NCBI GenBank assembly: GCA_964358545.1
Contig: CAYHQN010000007.1
Coordinates: forward strand, 3,148-67,147
Direction of reading: 5' to 3'
Length of the DNA: 64,000 nucleotides
Origin: an uncultured Tangfeifania sp.
GTDB taxonomy: Bacteria; Bacteroidota; Bacteroidia; Bacteroidales; Prolixibacteraceae
The position numbers and the translations under genes are program-made. Each line of letters starts with the position of its first letter. Positions within the stretch are counted from its first letter, which is position 1. Shown piece by piece: positions 63,257-64,000 of this stretch. A model generated the notes under the pieces. It was not told where the DNA came from. It worked only from the letters and a program-made list of their open reading frames with translations, and searched no databases.

Positions 63257-64000
63257 ATGAGTGTAGCAAATTGGTTTGACACCTTTAATCAAGATTTAAG
63301 AATGTCTAAAGACACAGTTGACAACATTTCTTATCGCTATAAAAGAATTACGAAACAGTTGAATAAAGATTTTTATAATTCGGAGTCAGACATTTATCAT
63401 AGTTTATATGTGGGATCTTATGGTCGTGGAACAGATATTGTTGTAAGTGATATAGATATAATTTTTCAACTTCCATATTCCGAGTATGTTAAATATGATG
63501 CTTATACGGGAAACGGTCAATCATCATTACTACAAGCTGTAAAGACTTCAATTGAGAAAACCTACAAATCAAGTATGAAAGCTGACGGACAAGTAATTGT
63601 AATAAGTTTTACGGACGGAATTGTTTTTGAATTAGTCCCTGCATTTATTAATAATGATGATTCATATACATTTCCAGACACTAATGACGGTGGCAGTTGG
63701 AAAAAAACAAATCCAAGACCTGAAATCGCCGAAATCAATTCAAAAAATATACTTTGGAATAAAAATTTAAAACGACTTTGTAGGATGGCCCGTGCTTGGA
63801 AATATAAATGGGATGTTCCAATAGGTGGCTTATTAATAGATACATTGGCATACAACTTCATGGCAGACTGCGGGTACAAAGACAAATCTTTTCTTTACTA
63901 CGATTTCATTACCCGAGACTTTTTTAAATATCTATCTGAACAAAAATCTGAACAAAGTTATTGGTTAAGTCCTGGTGCGAGACAATGCGTCTGGAGAAAA
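63257..64000 (+). CDS. SMODS/CD-NTase-like nucleotidyltransferase, 3'-truncated by the window edge
   Basis: This ORF is not in the supplied track because it has no stop inside the window. I translated it by hand from the ATG at 63257 and it is open to nt 64000. It has the Pol-beta NTase signature 'GSYGRGTDIVVSDIDII' (GS..x..DxD), the third acidic strand 'ISFTDGIVFELVPAF', and then 'GGSWKKTNPRPE', as in CBASS cyclases. Confidence 0.7.
   Translation, partial: MSVANWFDTFNQDLRMSKDTVDNISYRYKRITKQLNKDFYNSESDIYHSLYVGSYGRGTDIVVSDIDIIFQLPYSEYVKYDAYTGNGQSSLLQAVKTSIEKTYKSSMKADGQVIVISFTDGIVFELVPAFINNDDSYTFPDTNDGGSWKKTNPRPEIAEINSKNILWNKNLKRLCRMARAWKYKWDVPIGGLLIDTLAYNFMADCGYKDKSFLYYDFITRDFFKYLSEQKSEQSYWLSPGARQCVWRK

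Overview
This looks like a Bacteroidota-type chromosomal segment. The evidence is lipoprotein signal peptides ending in S-C, a GxxExxY cassette, an ECF sigma factor and low-complexity intergenic repeats. All similarity calls come from reading the translated ORFs and from motif memory. No searches were run.

Layout:
- (a) 1-15.9 kb: a same-strand glycoside-hydrolase cluster rich in fucosidases (5'-truncated GH with a discoidin domain, GH2, GH95, a G+C-rich Tat-signal GH-A enzyme, GH36-like, a second GH95, GH29, then a decayed gene). No SusC/SusD pair is present.
- (b) 16.0-37.6 kb: a divergent GntR/FCD regulator, then about 20 co-directional genes forming an unusual sugar or sugar-acid catabolic island. 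It holds a GH36-like enzyme, a mutarotase-like protein, five SDRs, two cupins, two RhaT-type permeases, two lactonase-type hydrolases, a VOC protein, an aldehyde dehydrogenase and a LarA-like protein. It also holds two ThDP-dependent E1 modules plus one lipoyl E2. It has no dehydratase, aldolase, kinase or E3.
- (c) 37.6-39.7 kb: a decayed, repeat-laden zone with DUF1080-like gene debris, an orphan ECF sigma factor, glutathione peroxidase and TTTCACATTT repeats.
- (d) 39.7-47.6 kb: housekeeping genes. dnaX is split at an A10 run; then icd, ferritin, secA and lgt.
- (e) A GxxExxY gene inside a unit bounded by 33-bp inverted repeats.
- (f) 48.5-55.1 kb: a putative sigma54 module. It has two membrane-anchored GcvH-fold proteins, a histidine kinase with a CxxCH motif, an NtrC-type activator and an archaemetzincin.
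- (g) A CE12-like esterase/GH-like fusion, and prfC.
- (h) 59.7-64.0 kb: an A+T-rich accessory region. It has a 42-bp tandem repeat array in the apparent 3' UTR of a helical hypothetical gene, and two paralogous 2TM proteins (one with an RNxxxH HEPN-like motif). A SMODS/CD-NTase-like nucleotidyltransferase runs off the window end.

The best candidates for new biology are the E1/E2-containing sugar island and the 2TM/HEPN-like/SMODS locus.
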